Of a stretch of DNA of 64,000 nt, positions 26,665 through 39,781 are shown one piece after another. Positions within the stretch are counted from its first letter, which is position 1; each line of letters opens with the position of its first letter. The stretch is from Camelus ferus. Taxonomy: Eukaryota. Location: assembly GCF_009834535.1 (NCBI RefSeq), contig NC_045697.1, positions 21,764,001 to 21,828,000 of the forward strand, written 5' to 3'. Made by a program: the position numbers and the translations under genes. Under the pieces are notes generated by a model. The model searched no databases. It had not been told where the DNA came from and was given only the letters and a program-made list of their open reading frames with translations.

Positions 26665-26890
26665 GTGCTAAAGCCAGATTCCTGTGTTTCTGTTCTGTCT
26701 CTGCCATTTACAAGCTGGGTGATATCTGGGGAATACTTAACCTCCCTGTGCCTCAGTTTTATGAGTAAAATGAAGTTAATAATAGTATTTTTCTCATAGG
26801 GTGGCTATGAGAATTAAGTGATTATAATGTTAATTATAAATTTCCTAGCAGATAATGTTCAATAGATGTTAAAAATATCATTACTATTAC
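26665..26890 (+). mobile_element. MIR SINE
   Basis: ctctgccatttacaagctgggtga...tacttaacctccctgtgcctcagttt...ctcatagggtggctatgagaattaagtga. Confidence 0.85.
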
Positions 26891-27904
26891 TCAAAATTAC
26901 CCAGTTCATATTTACTAAGATATCTTTCCTGGATTAACTCTTTAAAAACAATGGTTTAGAACCTATTTACAATTGTTTAACTAAAGGATCTGTTCTAGAA
27001 TAATGGGTTTCTGCATCAAATGTATGCAGTAACTTAACTCCAGTAGCTTAAAAGGCTGGTAAATTACAAGCAACCAGACATTTGCAATTTGGTCTTTGTT
27101 TTGATTTTAACTTGAAGGACTCTTCATCAGGCTCTCCCCTGCATTAGAAAAGTGAAACAAGGCTACGATCTGAGAACATGCAGAAGACGATAATGTTGTA
27201 GTCTGTGATGAATATGAGGACCCTTTCATAAAGTAAAAATGTTCTCAGAACCTCACAAGTTAAACTTTATACTCTCAGAATTTGAATGTAAAATGCATAA
27301 TAACAACACACTACTTTGCAAAGCTTTTAAAGACTCTGTATTTTATTAATTACAACTATGCATCCAAAGTCGGATTTCCTCTGCCTCAGAAACCAAAATG
27401 TCAAGGGACGCCCAGCCAGAAAGTAATACAGCTGGGCAAGCAGGTTCACTGTTGATTGAATCTCCTGTTTCAAATGTGTCTTCAGCCCCACCAAGGACCC
27501 CTATTTGAAAGTGAAAAATAGCTCACTCTGCCACCTGTCTCACAATCGTTCACTCTCAACTATGCTCAAACCTCCAACTCTCCATGGCTTCTCCTTCCAC
27601 TCGCTCTTTCTGACCTCAAATCCTAATTTCTGGAGAAAATAGAAGCCATCAAACAGAAAATACCTCATTTTGCTGATATGAAAAAATAAAAACCTATGTA
27701 GATCTACTCCCATTTATCTTCCACCTGCATAGTTACAAGTAGACATATACATATTCGTTTTAAGGACAGTGTCTCCAACTATGTTTCAGATGCCATTCTA
27801 GTCTCAATTTTCTAATATTACAATATTTGGCAACATAGATAAATAGAATTTTTCTTTCTCCCCTTTGTATAAAAGTCTCACTCAACTGAGGCTTTCCTAT
27901 GGTT

Positions 27905-28425
27905 TTTCTTTTTTTTTTTAAAATTGAGGTATAATTGACATATAACAATATACTAGTTTCAGGTGTACAACATAATAATTTGATATTTGTATATATTGCA
28001 AAATAATCACCATAAATAAAGTTAATGTTCATCACTACACACAGTTACAAATATTTTTCTTTGTGATGAGAATTTTGAAGATCTACTCTTAGTAAATTTT
28101 AGATGTAAAATATAGTATTACTAACTATAGTCACAAAGCTGAACATTACTTCCCCAGGACTCACTGATTTTATGATCGGAAGTTTGTACTCTTTGATCAA
28201 CTTCACCCATTTCCCCCAACCTTCATTCCCCCACCTCTGGGAACCACTGATCTATTCTTTGTATCTAGAAGTTAGTTGTTGTTGTTTCTTTATTTTAGGT
28301 TCCACATATGAGTGCGATCAGAGTATTTGTCTTTTTCTGTCTGACTAATTTTACTTAGAATAATGCCATTAAGATCCATCCATGTTGTCACAAATGACAA
28401 GATTTCCTTCTTTTTTTATGACAGT
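27905..28425 (-). mobile_element. L1 3' end
   Basis: Poly(T), then aattgaggtataattgacatataac...ttccacatatgagtgcgatc...catgttgtcacaaatgacaagatttcc. Confidence 0.92.
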
Positions 28426-28649
28426 AATCTCCTACAGCTTTTCAATGTGGTCAAGTGTCTCCTAGCATAAAAAAAAAATCCTCCTTCAAACCCTACCTCA
28501 AGCTACTTCTTTCTCTTTCTTCCCTTCCTCAGGCAGTTTTGTTAATATTTATTTTATTCATTTCTACATTCTTCATTCATTCTTCAAGCCACTTTAATAT
28601 GGCTTTTTTCCTTTCATTTAAAATACAATACTGCTAAATTTGTCTAAAG

Positions 28650-29830
28650 ACTTTTCTTTAAGTCTTTAGAGGAAGAGTTATCCATAATTTAAATATTTTG
28701 TATAACTTCCTCCTAAAATCATTTGGAATTGGTGCTATTTACCGAGCAGATTCAAAACTTTTTTGTTTGTTTTTGGTTTTTATTTGGGGGGGAGAGGTAA
28801 TTAGGCTTATTTATTTATTTATTTTTAGAGGAGGTACTGGGGATTGAACCCAGGAACTCATGGATGCTAAGCATGTGCTCCACCACTTGAGCTATACCCT
28901 CCCTCGCAAAACTTTAAAATGATTACTGAATGATTAATTTTTTTGTGTCTTCTTGAATGAATGTTGGCAGGCAAGTATCTTTATCCTTCCTTTTGTTTTC
29001 TTTGGGTTCATTTTCCTATTTTTCTTTAAGTTTTAAGATGAACGCTTACCTCATTGAGTTTTAGCCTTTCTTTTTTTCATAAACAAGCATTTAGCTCAAT
29101 TTGAATATGGAATACTTTCATTATTTTTTCATTCATATTTAAACATGTTGTATTTTCTTCTTTGACTATTATTTAGAAGTACAATATCTAATTTCCAAAT
29201 ATATTTTAAATTATCTTTTCATTATATTTATTTTTAATTTGATAGCACCATAGTAATTTTATATAATTTGCTTGTTATCAATTATTTGGAGTTTGATTAG
29301 ATTTGCACTACAGTTTATTTCAAAGTCAATTTTATGTATATCTTTTGTGTGCTTGAAAAAAATGATTTGGTCTTTAATTTTGGGATTCGGAGTTCAATGT
29401 ACATTCATGAGAACAAGCTTATTAACTCTATTGTTCAAATCTTCCATATCTTTACTAAGTTTAGGTTTAGGTTTTGGATCTCATAATAGCAAGGTGAATG
29501 ACATCTCCCTGCATGATAGTAAATTTATGATGTTCCGCCTGCCATCTGTTAATTTTTTTTCTTTATAGTACATCTTTGGTTATGTTACTATGTGCAAAAA
29601 AGTGTAAAATTTCTCTATATTCCTCATATTAACTGAAAGCTTTTATCCTAAATAATGATTTTTGCTTTAAGGTCTATTTTGTCTGATATGATAAGAACTT
29701 TAACAGTTTTATCTTAGTTGGTATTTCTATGCTTTTTATTTCAACCTCCCTTGGTCCTTATGCTTTGTATGAATCTCTTATGAATTACATATAGATTAAT
29801 TTTTTTAAAATAAAATCTGATAATCCCTAC
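28650..29830 (-). mobile_element. Old L1 (L1ME-like) ORF2 fragments, interrupted by a SINE
   Basis: Antisense L1 phrases (ttgttcaaatcttccatatctttactaa, gctttaaggtctattttgtctgatat). Confidence 0.65.
28762..28906 (-). mobile_element. tRNA-Ala-derived camelid SINE (Vic-1-like)
   Basis: Reverse strand GGGAGGGTATAGCTCAAGTGGTGGAGCACATGCTTAGCAT...GGTTCAATCCCCAGTACC with A and B boxes; TSD CAAAACTTT at 28753-28761 and 28907-28915. Confidence 0.92.
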
Positions 29831-30329
29831 CAGTGTTTTTCAACACATTCTATGCTTTTTAGTACTACTAATTCATATTTTTCTCAAATTGATATTTAAT
29901 CTTAATATTTTAAATTGATATTTTTCCATTTATTTCACATGCATTTTGATATCAAATGATTTAATTGTATATTTTAATGGTTAAATTTAAATTTAATACA
30001 CTAAATAAATCATAAAGGAAGAGAATATACGTCTCCCCCAAACAAACAAAATTTCAGTATGTTTTAACTATGATCACAAAGTACCCAACACAGCTAAACA
30101 TGTGTTCTTTGTCAAATATTTCAGTTCTGTATTAGTGAAAGTCTCCTTTATTTTGACTTATTTAACAATTATAAAATGTTAACCATGTTCATAGTATGAC
30201 ATGAAATACCTTAGAACTATTATCTTTTTAATCCTCAAAATAATCTAAGAATATTATCCCTTTGTTTCAACATTTCTGTTTTAGTTTTTATTTCTGTATG
30301 TTTACCATTTTATTTTGTTTATCATATAT

Positions 30330-31720
30330 TTCTAGACTGAAGTCTTTTTTCTGTATTCAATTTATTTGTTCCTAAAATACATCATTTAGAAGTTCTTCTA
30401 GTGAGAATGTATTACTGATAAACTTTCTACAACTTATCTAAAAAAATGACTATATCCTACTCTTGTTTGTAAATGATGGTTTCCCTACCTAAAAAATCAT
30501 ACTTTGAAGCTTATTTAAATTAACTCTTTTTTTCTACTTTCTATACAATTTTCTAAATTCATTTGGTGCTCAAAAGAATTCTGCTGTTGGTGTCATTGCT
30601 TTTTCTTTATGCATAATTTTTGTTTCACTTTGGATGCTTTTAAGATCTTCTCTTTATCTTTGGAAACTTAAAACTTTACCAATATTTGCTTAAATGTGGA
30701 TTGTTTGTTTATCAAGTTTATTTTACTGTGTTTCCTAAATCTGAGCATTTCTTTCATATTCTAGAAAAGTCTAATAAATTATCCCTTTAAATATTGATTA
30801 TCCAAAATCTTCTGAGTTTCTTCCTTTGGGATTCCAATTAAATATATCAATCTTTCCTTTATCTACCATCTATATAACTACTGTTCTTTCATTCTCTTTT
30901 TCTTCATGCATTTCATTATTTATCAATTTCAGACAAGCCATTCTCTCGAGCTAGTTACAATATAATTTTGACCCTTTCCTTGAGTTTTTAATTGAATTAT
31001 TTCTACTTTGTGTTTTATAAGGTTTATTTTGTTCTTTTCGAAACTTGCCTGTTTACTCTTGCTTTTCTATTGTTCCTTTCTCACATTAATAATGTCCTCT
31101 TTTACTTCCCTAAACATTATATATATAATTATTTTACAGTCTCTACCTAACCATTCCAATATCTTTTGTCTTTGAGGGTTTAAAATTGCTGTTTATTGTT
31201 TTGCTCTATTTCACGGTGGCCTGTGTCCTCATGCGTGATGTACTCTTTGGAATTACGAGCTAGTATTTGAGTAAGCATAATTTGTAAGAATTCTGAGAGA
31301 CTTATTCAAGTTGTTTCTTTCCAAAAAGGATTGGCACTGATGCTGTGTATTGTCCCAAAGTGCTTGTGATCATATTAAGTAGAACTTCTTGGCCAGAGAT
31401 TTTGCAGACTCCAAAAGAAGTAAATATTCAAACTCCTCATATAAACGAGAGCAGAACTCTGGTTATTGATTCTCAGTACAGAGTTTATTTTTCCAACAAG
31501 ATCAGAGAGTAACAGGGCAAAATACCTTGTTGTCTCTCTTTTCTGGAGAGCAGGATTTTTGTTTGTTTTGTCTTCACTGGTGTAGTCACTTGAAAGTCTG
31601 GCCTTTATTACAGGATCTCAGTTCCAACTCTCCACTTTGTATATATCCAAAGCCTTATCTTCTATAACGAGCCTTGCTATTAAAGTCCAAAGTTTTAAGT
31701 TCAAAGAAAAGAAATTTTCT
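30330..31720 (-). mobile_element. HAL1 or old L1 ORF1 and 5' region remnant
   Basis: gatgcttttaagatcttctctttatctttgg; tttccaaaaaggattggc; T-rich antisense ORF1 composition. Confidence 0.5.
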
Positions 31721-31959
31721 CACAAACTCCATCATTAATTCAGGTTCACCTTGAAAGTTTTAAGCTTCTCAAGTCCCTCCGAAATGTGGCTCCTGGCAGT
31801 TGTCTTACTTCCTTTTGGACTTAGTTACGTATTATTGTACTTATATACTGGCATTAAGATTTATTTTAGTGTATGTGTTGTGTGTGCATGTGTGTTTAAT
31901 AGTCATTTAACTTCAACAAAAATAGCTCAAATCAACAATAATCTCCATGTCTTTATAAC

Positions 31960-32760
31960 TAGGGCATAGTAGATTAATTCTTCTACAATCCAACTTCCCT
32001 TTCAACAGCGTTGAATACTCTATGGACTTATAATCCTTATATGGCCTGCCTTCCAATATTCTGCCACACTCCTGTTTTCTCCTATCTTGCTGGGTTTTCC
32101 TTCTGACTCCTTCATACCACATGTTCCTTTAATAGACGTTAAACAATAAAATTATCTAAGCTTTACCCCAGGTCCTCTCTTCTTCAACTATACTTTCTTT
32201 ATGACAGTTTCTGCCACTTTTGCTATGAATAATTAGCAACAGAGATTGCTTTAAAGTATAAATCTGATTAGTTCACCCCCACTGCTTATACTTATTCAGT
32301 GATTTTTTTGTAATACTATAAGAAGAAAGATAATTTTCATTAGCATGATCTACAAAGGTATCCGGAAAGAGCTCTCCACACCTCCCTGCCTCTTCAGTGC
32401 CAAGCTTTCTCTCCTCCTTCCTGTCACCATGAGCCTTCTTTACTTTGTATTTACTATGTTTAATTCTAACACAGGGCTTTCATATAACATTTCCCTTTTG
32501 TACCATCTCTTTTCATCTAAATAATGCCTATCCATTTTTCAGAAAACACAAGCCAGTTATCTCAGAGCTGTTCTTACTAATTGCCTTGAATATCTCAAAT
32601 TTATCAATTTATTTTCTCTCACTTATTCATTTAATACATATTATTAACCAACTACTATGTGCCAGAAACTGGCCTATATGTACGAATATATTTAGCAGCA
32701 AATAAAATAGACTAACTCTCATTGCATATAGTTGGGAGAGGCAACAGGGGAAAATGATAA
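31960..32760. mobile_element. L2 fragments in both orientations
   Basis: aaatctgattagttcacccccactgctt; cattt...attaaccaactactatgtgccagaaactg. Confidence 0.55.
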
Positions 32761-34889
32761 GCAAATAGGCAAATACAGAGTATTCAGAAAATGTTTGTTA
32801 ACTGAGAAATGGGGAGTCCTGCTTAGTATTTGCCACAGTTACTAGTTCACATTTATGTCTGTGTTTATTTAAATCAATGACACATGGTCCACACAAATTT
32901 TTGTTCATTACTAGACCCCCACTATTTCCCATGATGCCTATCACACCATAAATTTTCATTAAAATTTTATATCTATATCATACTTAAGTGCAAGGAGATA
33001 TTTTGTGTTGCATTTGCAGACATCTTGGTACAAGAGCATTCTTTTCATTACACAACAATTAATTGTTAATTAGTTTAAGTGTAATCCTATGTGTCCTGCA
33101 CTATACATGATAACGAAGTTTGTATTCTACTGAGTTTAGGAAATGAAACAATGAACAGATTAACAAAAAATAAATATGAATTCTCAAATCCATCACAGTA
33201 ATTTTATATCTTTTAAAAAAGGGGCATCAGTCATCAGTTGGAGAACATGAGTATTGTGATTTTAAACTCTGAAAATCATATCACCTCTAATATGCTCTGC
33301 ATTAAAAACTGATTCATCCAGAGCCAAAGCTAGCATGTGTCCTCCCAACCATTCAAACTAGGTCATTTTGCACCATAGTTTGTTATGTCTTTCATGCATA
33401 ATGTATCCAAGGATAATCATGTTTAACCAAAAAGGATTATTCTAGGCTTAAGATTCCCATTGCATAAGCAAAGTACCTAGCACAGTACCTAGCATGATGC
33501 AAATATGTGTTCAAACAACATTGGGCCCCTTAGCACAAGTACACGAGTATCCAAACAGATCCCACTTGCCTCTGCCTTTTTTTTTTTATTATTAGGTGGG
33601 GATGAGGGATGGAGGTTTGATTCAGAATGTATTCCAATGTTTTTCCAATTGGCTATAGGAAAAGGGACAAAAATGATAAAACATATCTTAGGAGCTCATT
33701 ACAAAAGTATAATTGAGTAATTTCTAATCTTTTCCCAGCATCTGTTTCTCAGGAGTGTTACTGTCCTCATACTGACTTCCCTTGCCCAGGGTTTTCCAGT
33801 GCATATTCTACATGAGGTATCCACTGAAGTTGGAATGAATGGATATTTGTTCTACTCCCCAAATGAGACCAACAGAAATAAACAAATAAGCAAACAAAGG
33901 AAAAAAAACAAACTAAGAAGGAAATATACATATGGGTAATAAAAAGCAAAGTAATAAAATACAATATACTCTGAAATACAAGCACCAGAAACCATACAAT
34001 TTAGAATTAAATCAAGTGGTATCTCATGACTCTATATGCCTCTCCCCTGTCAGGAGAACAGCACACGTGGGAGTAGAGAGTCCAACAACTCTTACTTAAA
34101 GATTAAAGGAGGGGAACAACAACAACAACAACAAAACAGAGGAGCAAGAGAAGGGCACAAAAAATCGCAGAGCGAAAACAAAGCAAAAGGAAGGAGGAGT
34201 AAAAGTAAATGGATTTCATTTTTTCTCAATCACTTCCTAACTGTGAGGAAAGAATGAAGGGAATTGAGTTCAAGAAGAGGCAGGAATTATTCATCCGGGA
34301 ACATGACTTAGAGCAGCTGAGCAAATACAAGGCAGGAGAAATAAAGGACAATCCATCAATAAAAGAGCCCTTTGATGCAAGTCTTTACCGTGACCTAGAC
34401 TCCTGCTGGGTGATATATACTCAACCTAAAGCAAGGAAAATAGACATCCACAAGCCCCTTTAACCTCTCCCCCTCTTGGGAAAAGGCTGGGATTCACTAG
34501 AGTGCAGGGGAAGTGCTGTCTGATGTACCCCTCTGGATCCTCTGAAATACAGGATTAATTGTAAGCTCATAAATGAGAAGCATGCAGTTCCCAGCCTAAA
34601 CGCTAAAGCGATGCTTTAAACAGCACCCAGATAAGCAGTTGGAGTGAAGAAAGAAAATAAAAAAGTGGAGGAAAATGGCCTAAATCATTCTACCCTTTGA
34701 CGATAGATGAAAATCAAAAAGAGGAGCAAAAACCAGAGAAGTGAAAAGCACCTAACTTGGGGACCATTTTCACAGCAGACTACTTGAATACTGAAGCTGA
34801 AGAACTGAGAAATGAGATTGGTCATATGATTGAGTGTTATGGAGATAATTATAACCAAATACTGCTTTTAAGGCATGTAGATTATCAGA

Positions 34890-35315
34890 ACAGATGCTCA
34901 CATCTACTATCTCACAGATCCCAAGGGTCAGGGTTCTGGCTACAGCACACTGGGGCGCCCTCTGCACAGGGTCTCAAGGTTGGTGGAGGAGGTATGATCT
35001 CATCTGGGGCTCTGGGTGCCAAGCTACTAGTGGAGCTTTTTCCAGGCTCCCTGGTAGTTGGCTGAATTCAGCTCCTTGCAGTTGTAGGAGTGAGGCCCTC
35101 AGCTACTAGAAGCTGCCCACAGTTCCTTGCCATCTGGCCCTCACAACATAGTAATTTGTTCTTCAGACCAATAGGCTAGTGTCTGCTGCTGCTTCAAGTC
35201 TCCTTTAAAGGGCTTGTCTGATTGGATCAGGTCCACCCAGAATGATCTCTCTTTTGATTAAGTTAGAATTAACTGATTGTGGTCTTTGATGATACCTGCA
35301 AAACCCCTGGACCTT
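34890..35315 (-). mobile_element. MaLR LTR (MLT1D/E-like)
   Basis: gttggctgaattcagctccttgcagttgtaggagtgaggccctc...tttaaagggcttgtctgattggatcaggtccacccag. Confidence 0.8.
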
Positions 35316-35324
35316 TACCATTCT

Positions 35325-35800
35325 GGACCCCAGTACCCAGATGCTGTCAGTGCTTGAGATCCTTTGGCCATGCGAGTGCACACAGTTCCTGGCACAGTGC
35401 TTTTTTTTTTTTTTTTTTTTTTCCTCAACGGCCTGTATTTGTGGGTCTTCCTCAGTGGGCTCCTCTCAGGCTGATGAGAGAGCCCACTCAACCTGCAGAC
35501 ACAGGGATTCATGGCTCCCGGTCTCAGTTCTTAACTCACAATTGACAGCTGTGAAGGACAGGGAGCTTAATACTCGGCTCTCTTGTTCCCATGTGGGACA
35601 GCTATCGGTGTGAGCTTCACTGCGGTGTTGTCTCTGTGCGCCGTGGCCTGGTACTGCAGCCTTGCTTGGTTTCCTTCCCTTCTCCCTCTCACTCCCCTAG
35701 TCTTTTTCCTGGGAAAACATCCTCATAAACTTTTTTTTTTTTACTTTCACATGAATCCTCTTCTTAGGGCTGCTTCTGGAAATCTTAGCCCAAATCACCA
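35325..35800 (+). mobile_element. ERVL LTR (LTR33/LTR16-like)
   Basis: Ends cctgggaaaacatcctcataaac...cacatgaatcctcttcttagggctgcttctgg; GC-richer than the flanks. Confidence 0.6.
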
Positions 35801-36011
35801 CATTAGAAGATCTTTTAAGTATCCACTCAACTTGAAATTCAGTCATTTTTATAATCTTATTTGTGCTAAAGTATTAGAGACTGCTAATGGGTTATTACTT
35901 CCAGATAAGTTATTTGTGTGTTTATATCGTGGCATTCTGTAAACAAAGCCTCAGTATGAAGGAAAAAACTGTTGGTTATTTCAGGCATCCATAGCAAGCA
36001 AGCCAAAACAG

Positions 36012-36013
<2 letters not shown>

Positions 36014-36042
<29 letters not shown>
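36014..36042. repeat. (CA)n microsatellite
   Basis: Directly visible in the sequence. Confidence 0.97.
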
Positions 36043-36045
<3 letters not shown>

Positions 36046-36439
36046 AGACTGATTTCTTAAAAATGTCTCATAGGACAGAGTTACCTTTATTATTCAGTTT
36101 TAATTATTTGGTCATAACTCACATTAAGAGCCTTCAGTGACTGCTACTGGACCAAAGCATAGCTGTTTCTATTTCATTCATATGAGCATCAGGTGAGTAC
36201 TGAAGACAGGTTTCAGCATGGGGATGGAGGGATGGAGAGGATGAAGAAACAATAGAACCCTATTTCAGTTCCTTAGTACAGCACCCATAGCCTAGAGAGG
36301 ACTACCAGCAGAGATCCAAGATGTATCCCCAGTCCACCCAGGCATCTCGACTGTGGCCACCTAAACCAGGCCAGCAGCACTTCGAAATACATTCCAAACC
36401 GGTCTTGTTTCCTGTCTTGAAACACAGCAAGCTATTTTC

Positions 36440-36770
36440 TACATATCAACCAAGGGAAGCTGCTTTAATCATAAATTACATTATACACTTCACCATTTAG
36501 AATCTCACAGTGGCTTCTCACTGCAGTAAGAAAAAAACCCAATTTTTTTAAACAATGGCCTGCAGGGTTTCAAACCGAGCCCTGCTGACCTCCAGTGCGA
36601 ACCAGTTAAAGGCAATACACTCCAGCCACACAGATGTCATTTCAGGTCCCTCATTCCTAACTCAGGGGGATTTCAAGATTTTGACAATCTTGTTCATTGC
36701 TTTTTCCTCTATCTCTTAATAGTGACAAGGAATCTGTAAAGACTAAAATATAAATGAATGAATGAAGGCA
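36440..36770 (+). mobile_element. L2 3' fragment
   Basis: cagtggcttctcactgc...actccagccacac...aatgaatgaatgaa. Confidence 0.6.
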
Positions 36771-36914
36771 CAAATTAAAGAATCAATAGATAGAATTTTT
36801 CATTTCCTCTCTTCTATTGGTGGGAATTGCACAATTTACATCCAAGTCCCAGTTAGAAACTTCTTGATATTTTGACCTGCCAGCAGCTGTTGTCATGATT
36901 TGACCAGGTTAAAA

Positions 36915-37440
36915 CCAGTCAGATACAATTTTCTTCCACCAAATTGGCAAAGATGAAATGAAATTACATTATGAATATACAGGAATTTTTGAGAACGTAA
37001 GTATACTTTGAGTACAGCAAGTGAGTAACAATTTGATTGGGCATATTAAAAATAAGTTTTTAAGTAAAATGCCCTACCTTGGCATAGCAATTCTCTGTTA
37101 AGATATTTAGCCTAAGAAAATGGTGTGTGTGTCAATAAACATTTCAGCATTAAACCACTGAGCTAATAAGTACAGAGATACACAAAGGAACCATATTTGA
37201 CTGGTAAAAATGCTAAAGGCAAATATTTATTAGAATGAAAGATATTCCTAATAATACTGTTGTGTCAAAAAAAGCAGTTACAATAAATATTCAATACTTC
37301 TCAATTTTTATAAAATAATATGTGTGAGCAATAAATAATCTGAGAAGATGTATAAGATACATCAATGGTAGCTAACTCCAGAAGGTGAAATTTTAAGTTT
37401 ATTTAATTTTCTTCATTTTGTTGATTTATATCCATACTGC
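36915..37440 (+). mobile_element. Old L1ME 3' fragment
   Basis: caccaaattggcaaagat...agcaattctctgttaagatatttagcctaag. Confidence 0.5.
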
Positions 37441-37514
37441 ATTTGTTTTTTTTTAAAATACATATTTTACATTTTTTTAAAACGTAATCACAGATACTCT
37501 AATACTGAATCCTC

Positions 37515-37978
37515 TGCATGCAGACAGAATAATGCACCACCCAAATACGTTCATATCCTAATTGCCAGAACCTGAGAAGATGTCACATTACATGGCCAAA
37601 AGGACATTGCAGATGTGATTAAGTTAAAAATCTGGACATGAGAAGATTATTCTGCCCATTAAATTGTTCAGCTGAATGTAATTGTCATTAACAAGGGTTC
37701 TTACAAGAGGGATGAAGTAGGGTCAGATTAATAAAGAAGGAAATATGAGGAAAAAGCAGAGGTTGGGACACAAGCTAAGGATATATTTGTGAGCAGTTCC
37801 TAGAAGTTGGAGAAGGCAAGAAAAATGATTCCTCCCTAATGCTTCCAGAAGGAACACAGAGCCCTGGCAACCCATTCTAGACTTCTGACATCCAGAAATG
37901 TAGAATAATGTGTGAGGTTTTTTTTTAAGTCACTAGGTTTGGGATAATTTATTAGTACATCAATAGGAAACAAATACA
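37515..37978 (+). mobile_element. MaLR LTR (MLT1D-like)
   Basis: cagaataatg...ttacatggccaaaaggacattgcagatgtgattaagttaa...gacttctgacatccagaa...aataggaaacaaataca. Confidence 0.88.
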
Positions 37979-39492
37979 CCCTGCCATACAAACGTTAAGA
38001 CAAATTAAAAGAATATTTAGTACAATAACAATATTCATAGAGACCCATACGGACGAGGGTACTAAAATCACGTCTTGTTGATGTTCAGATACAAATTTTT
38101 GAGCCTGTTTCTTCAGGTATCCAATACTCACACCAAGATTTATACAGAGATATCCCAGAAATAGTACTGAAGCACCCATGTCAGTAACAAAAACATTTAC
38201 ACTACTCAGACACAGATGTGAGCACTCTAGAGCATCCTCTACCACATCAGCAGAGCTGTTCCCTTCCAAGATTTTCCTTCAGGTTTGCTTTACTAGCTTA
38301 TTTTAATCATTATTTTTAGCTTGAATAAAAATGATAAGGGGAACAAATGAGTAATTTACTCCTGGACCTTCCAAGTAGAAAATGTGGTCATTACCTGCTT
38401 TTTGCAAAACACAAAGGCATGGGTTTGTGATTTGGTAACACTTGTCTCCCCCAAGATATGTAAATCTAATAGCATGTAAGTGGAAATATTTTTAGCCTAC
38501 TTCAGAAACGTGGTTGTTTAGAAGTATTCTTCTCCAAACCCTATGATCACGGACAGCTTAGGGACTTTTTTCTTTCCACTGCTGGCATGCAGAAACAGCA
38601 TGCCAACTTTGAAGCAGGAGGAAGTGTATATTTTTCATGTTTTTCTTCTTTCAAAAATTATTCAACTGATTACCCTTATGGCATTGAAAAAAATTCTACT
38701 TTTGGGCTGAAGTCAAACATTTTAAACTTAACAGTATTAATGTTTGAGTAACTAAAAAGGTTTTGGATAAAGTGCTATTTACTAATCAGCTAGTTTTGGA
38801 TGGTTGTTATTGCTTTCCTTCATTTTATAATCTGTGCTGTCATTCTGGATTCAAAGCTGCAGCAGTTGATGGGGATGTGGTCCAAACTGCAGAGCAGTGC
38901 AAAGAGCCCTGAACAACTGAAAGGTAGCCTTGGACTAAATTATGAAATTGACAAATGTGTGTTGTTTCCACCTTATGACCCCCTTGATCTGGTTACTTTG
39001 AAGCAACCCAGCACGCACGCTCATATCTCTGCCCTGTGGCTCTCCCAGGACCCACAACTTTGTGCTCCAAGTGGCTTTCGTGCTTTTATCCACAGAAGAG
39101 AATGTGCCTTCTTCCTTTCTCACTTAGGACTTTGTCAAGTAATTTGTCTAAAAAGACTGCTGAAACTTCCAATTAAGGTGGTTTTGTGAGCACATACTTT
39201 GTCATTCCCCTTTCACATCAAACACTGAAATCAGAAGAATTAGCACTGTATAAATTCAAAACAGTGTCTCAATGCATATGAAGGGGAACAGACGCACAGA
39301 GCAGCAAGCAAAGGTTGTAGGACCACAGGACCCGGGTCCAGGATCAGGCAGACACAGAGTTTATTTCCTTCAAGTTTCCCCATTTGAGGTAAACATTTCA
39401 ACCATGTGCATTGCAGAAAAATAGGTAACGCAGATTAGGTCTCTACAAACGGGAAGTCCACCTACACATTTTTATCTTTCTGCTAGGTTAGT

Positions 39493-39781
39493 ATTTTTTG
39501 TTTTGTTTTTTGTTGAAGTATAGTTGATCTACAATGTTGTGTTAATTTCTCGTGTACAGCATAGTGATTCATTTATACATATATATACACATTCCTTTCC
39601 ATATTCTTTTTCATTATATGCTATTACAAAGTACTGAATATAGTTCTCTGTGCTGTACAGTAAGACCTTGCTGTTTATCTGTTTTATAGATAGTAGTTAG
39701 CATCTGCAAATCCTAAACTCCCAATATATTCCTCCCTACTCTCTTCCCCTGCTAACCGTAAGTTTGTTTTCTGTATCTGTG
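39493..39781 (-). mobile_element. Younger artiodactyl/camelid L1 3' end
   Basis: T tail, then ttgaagtatagttgatctacaatgttgtgttaatttct...gtacagcatagtgattca. Confidence 0.9.

Noticed and set aside
38800..39189. 129-aa plus-strand ORF
   Set aside because: No recognisable homology and no promoter or convincing exon context.
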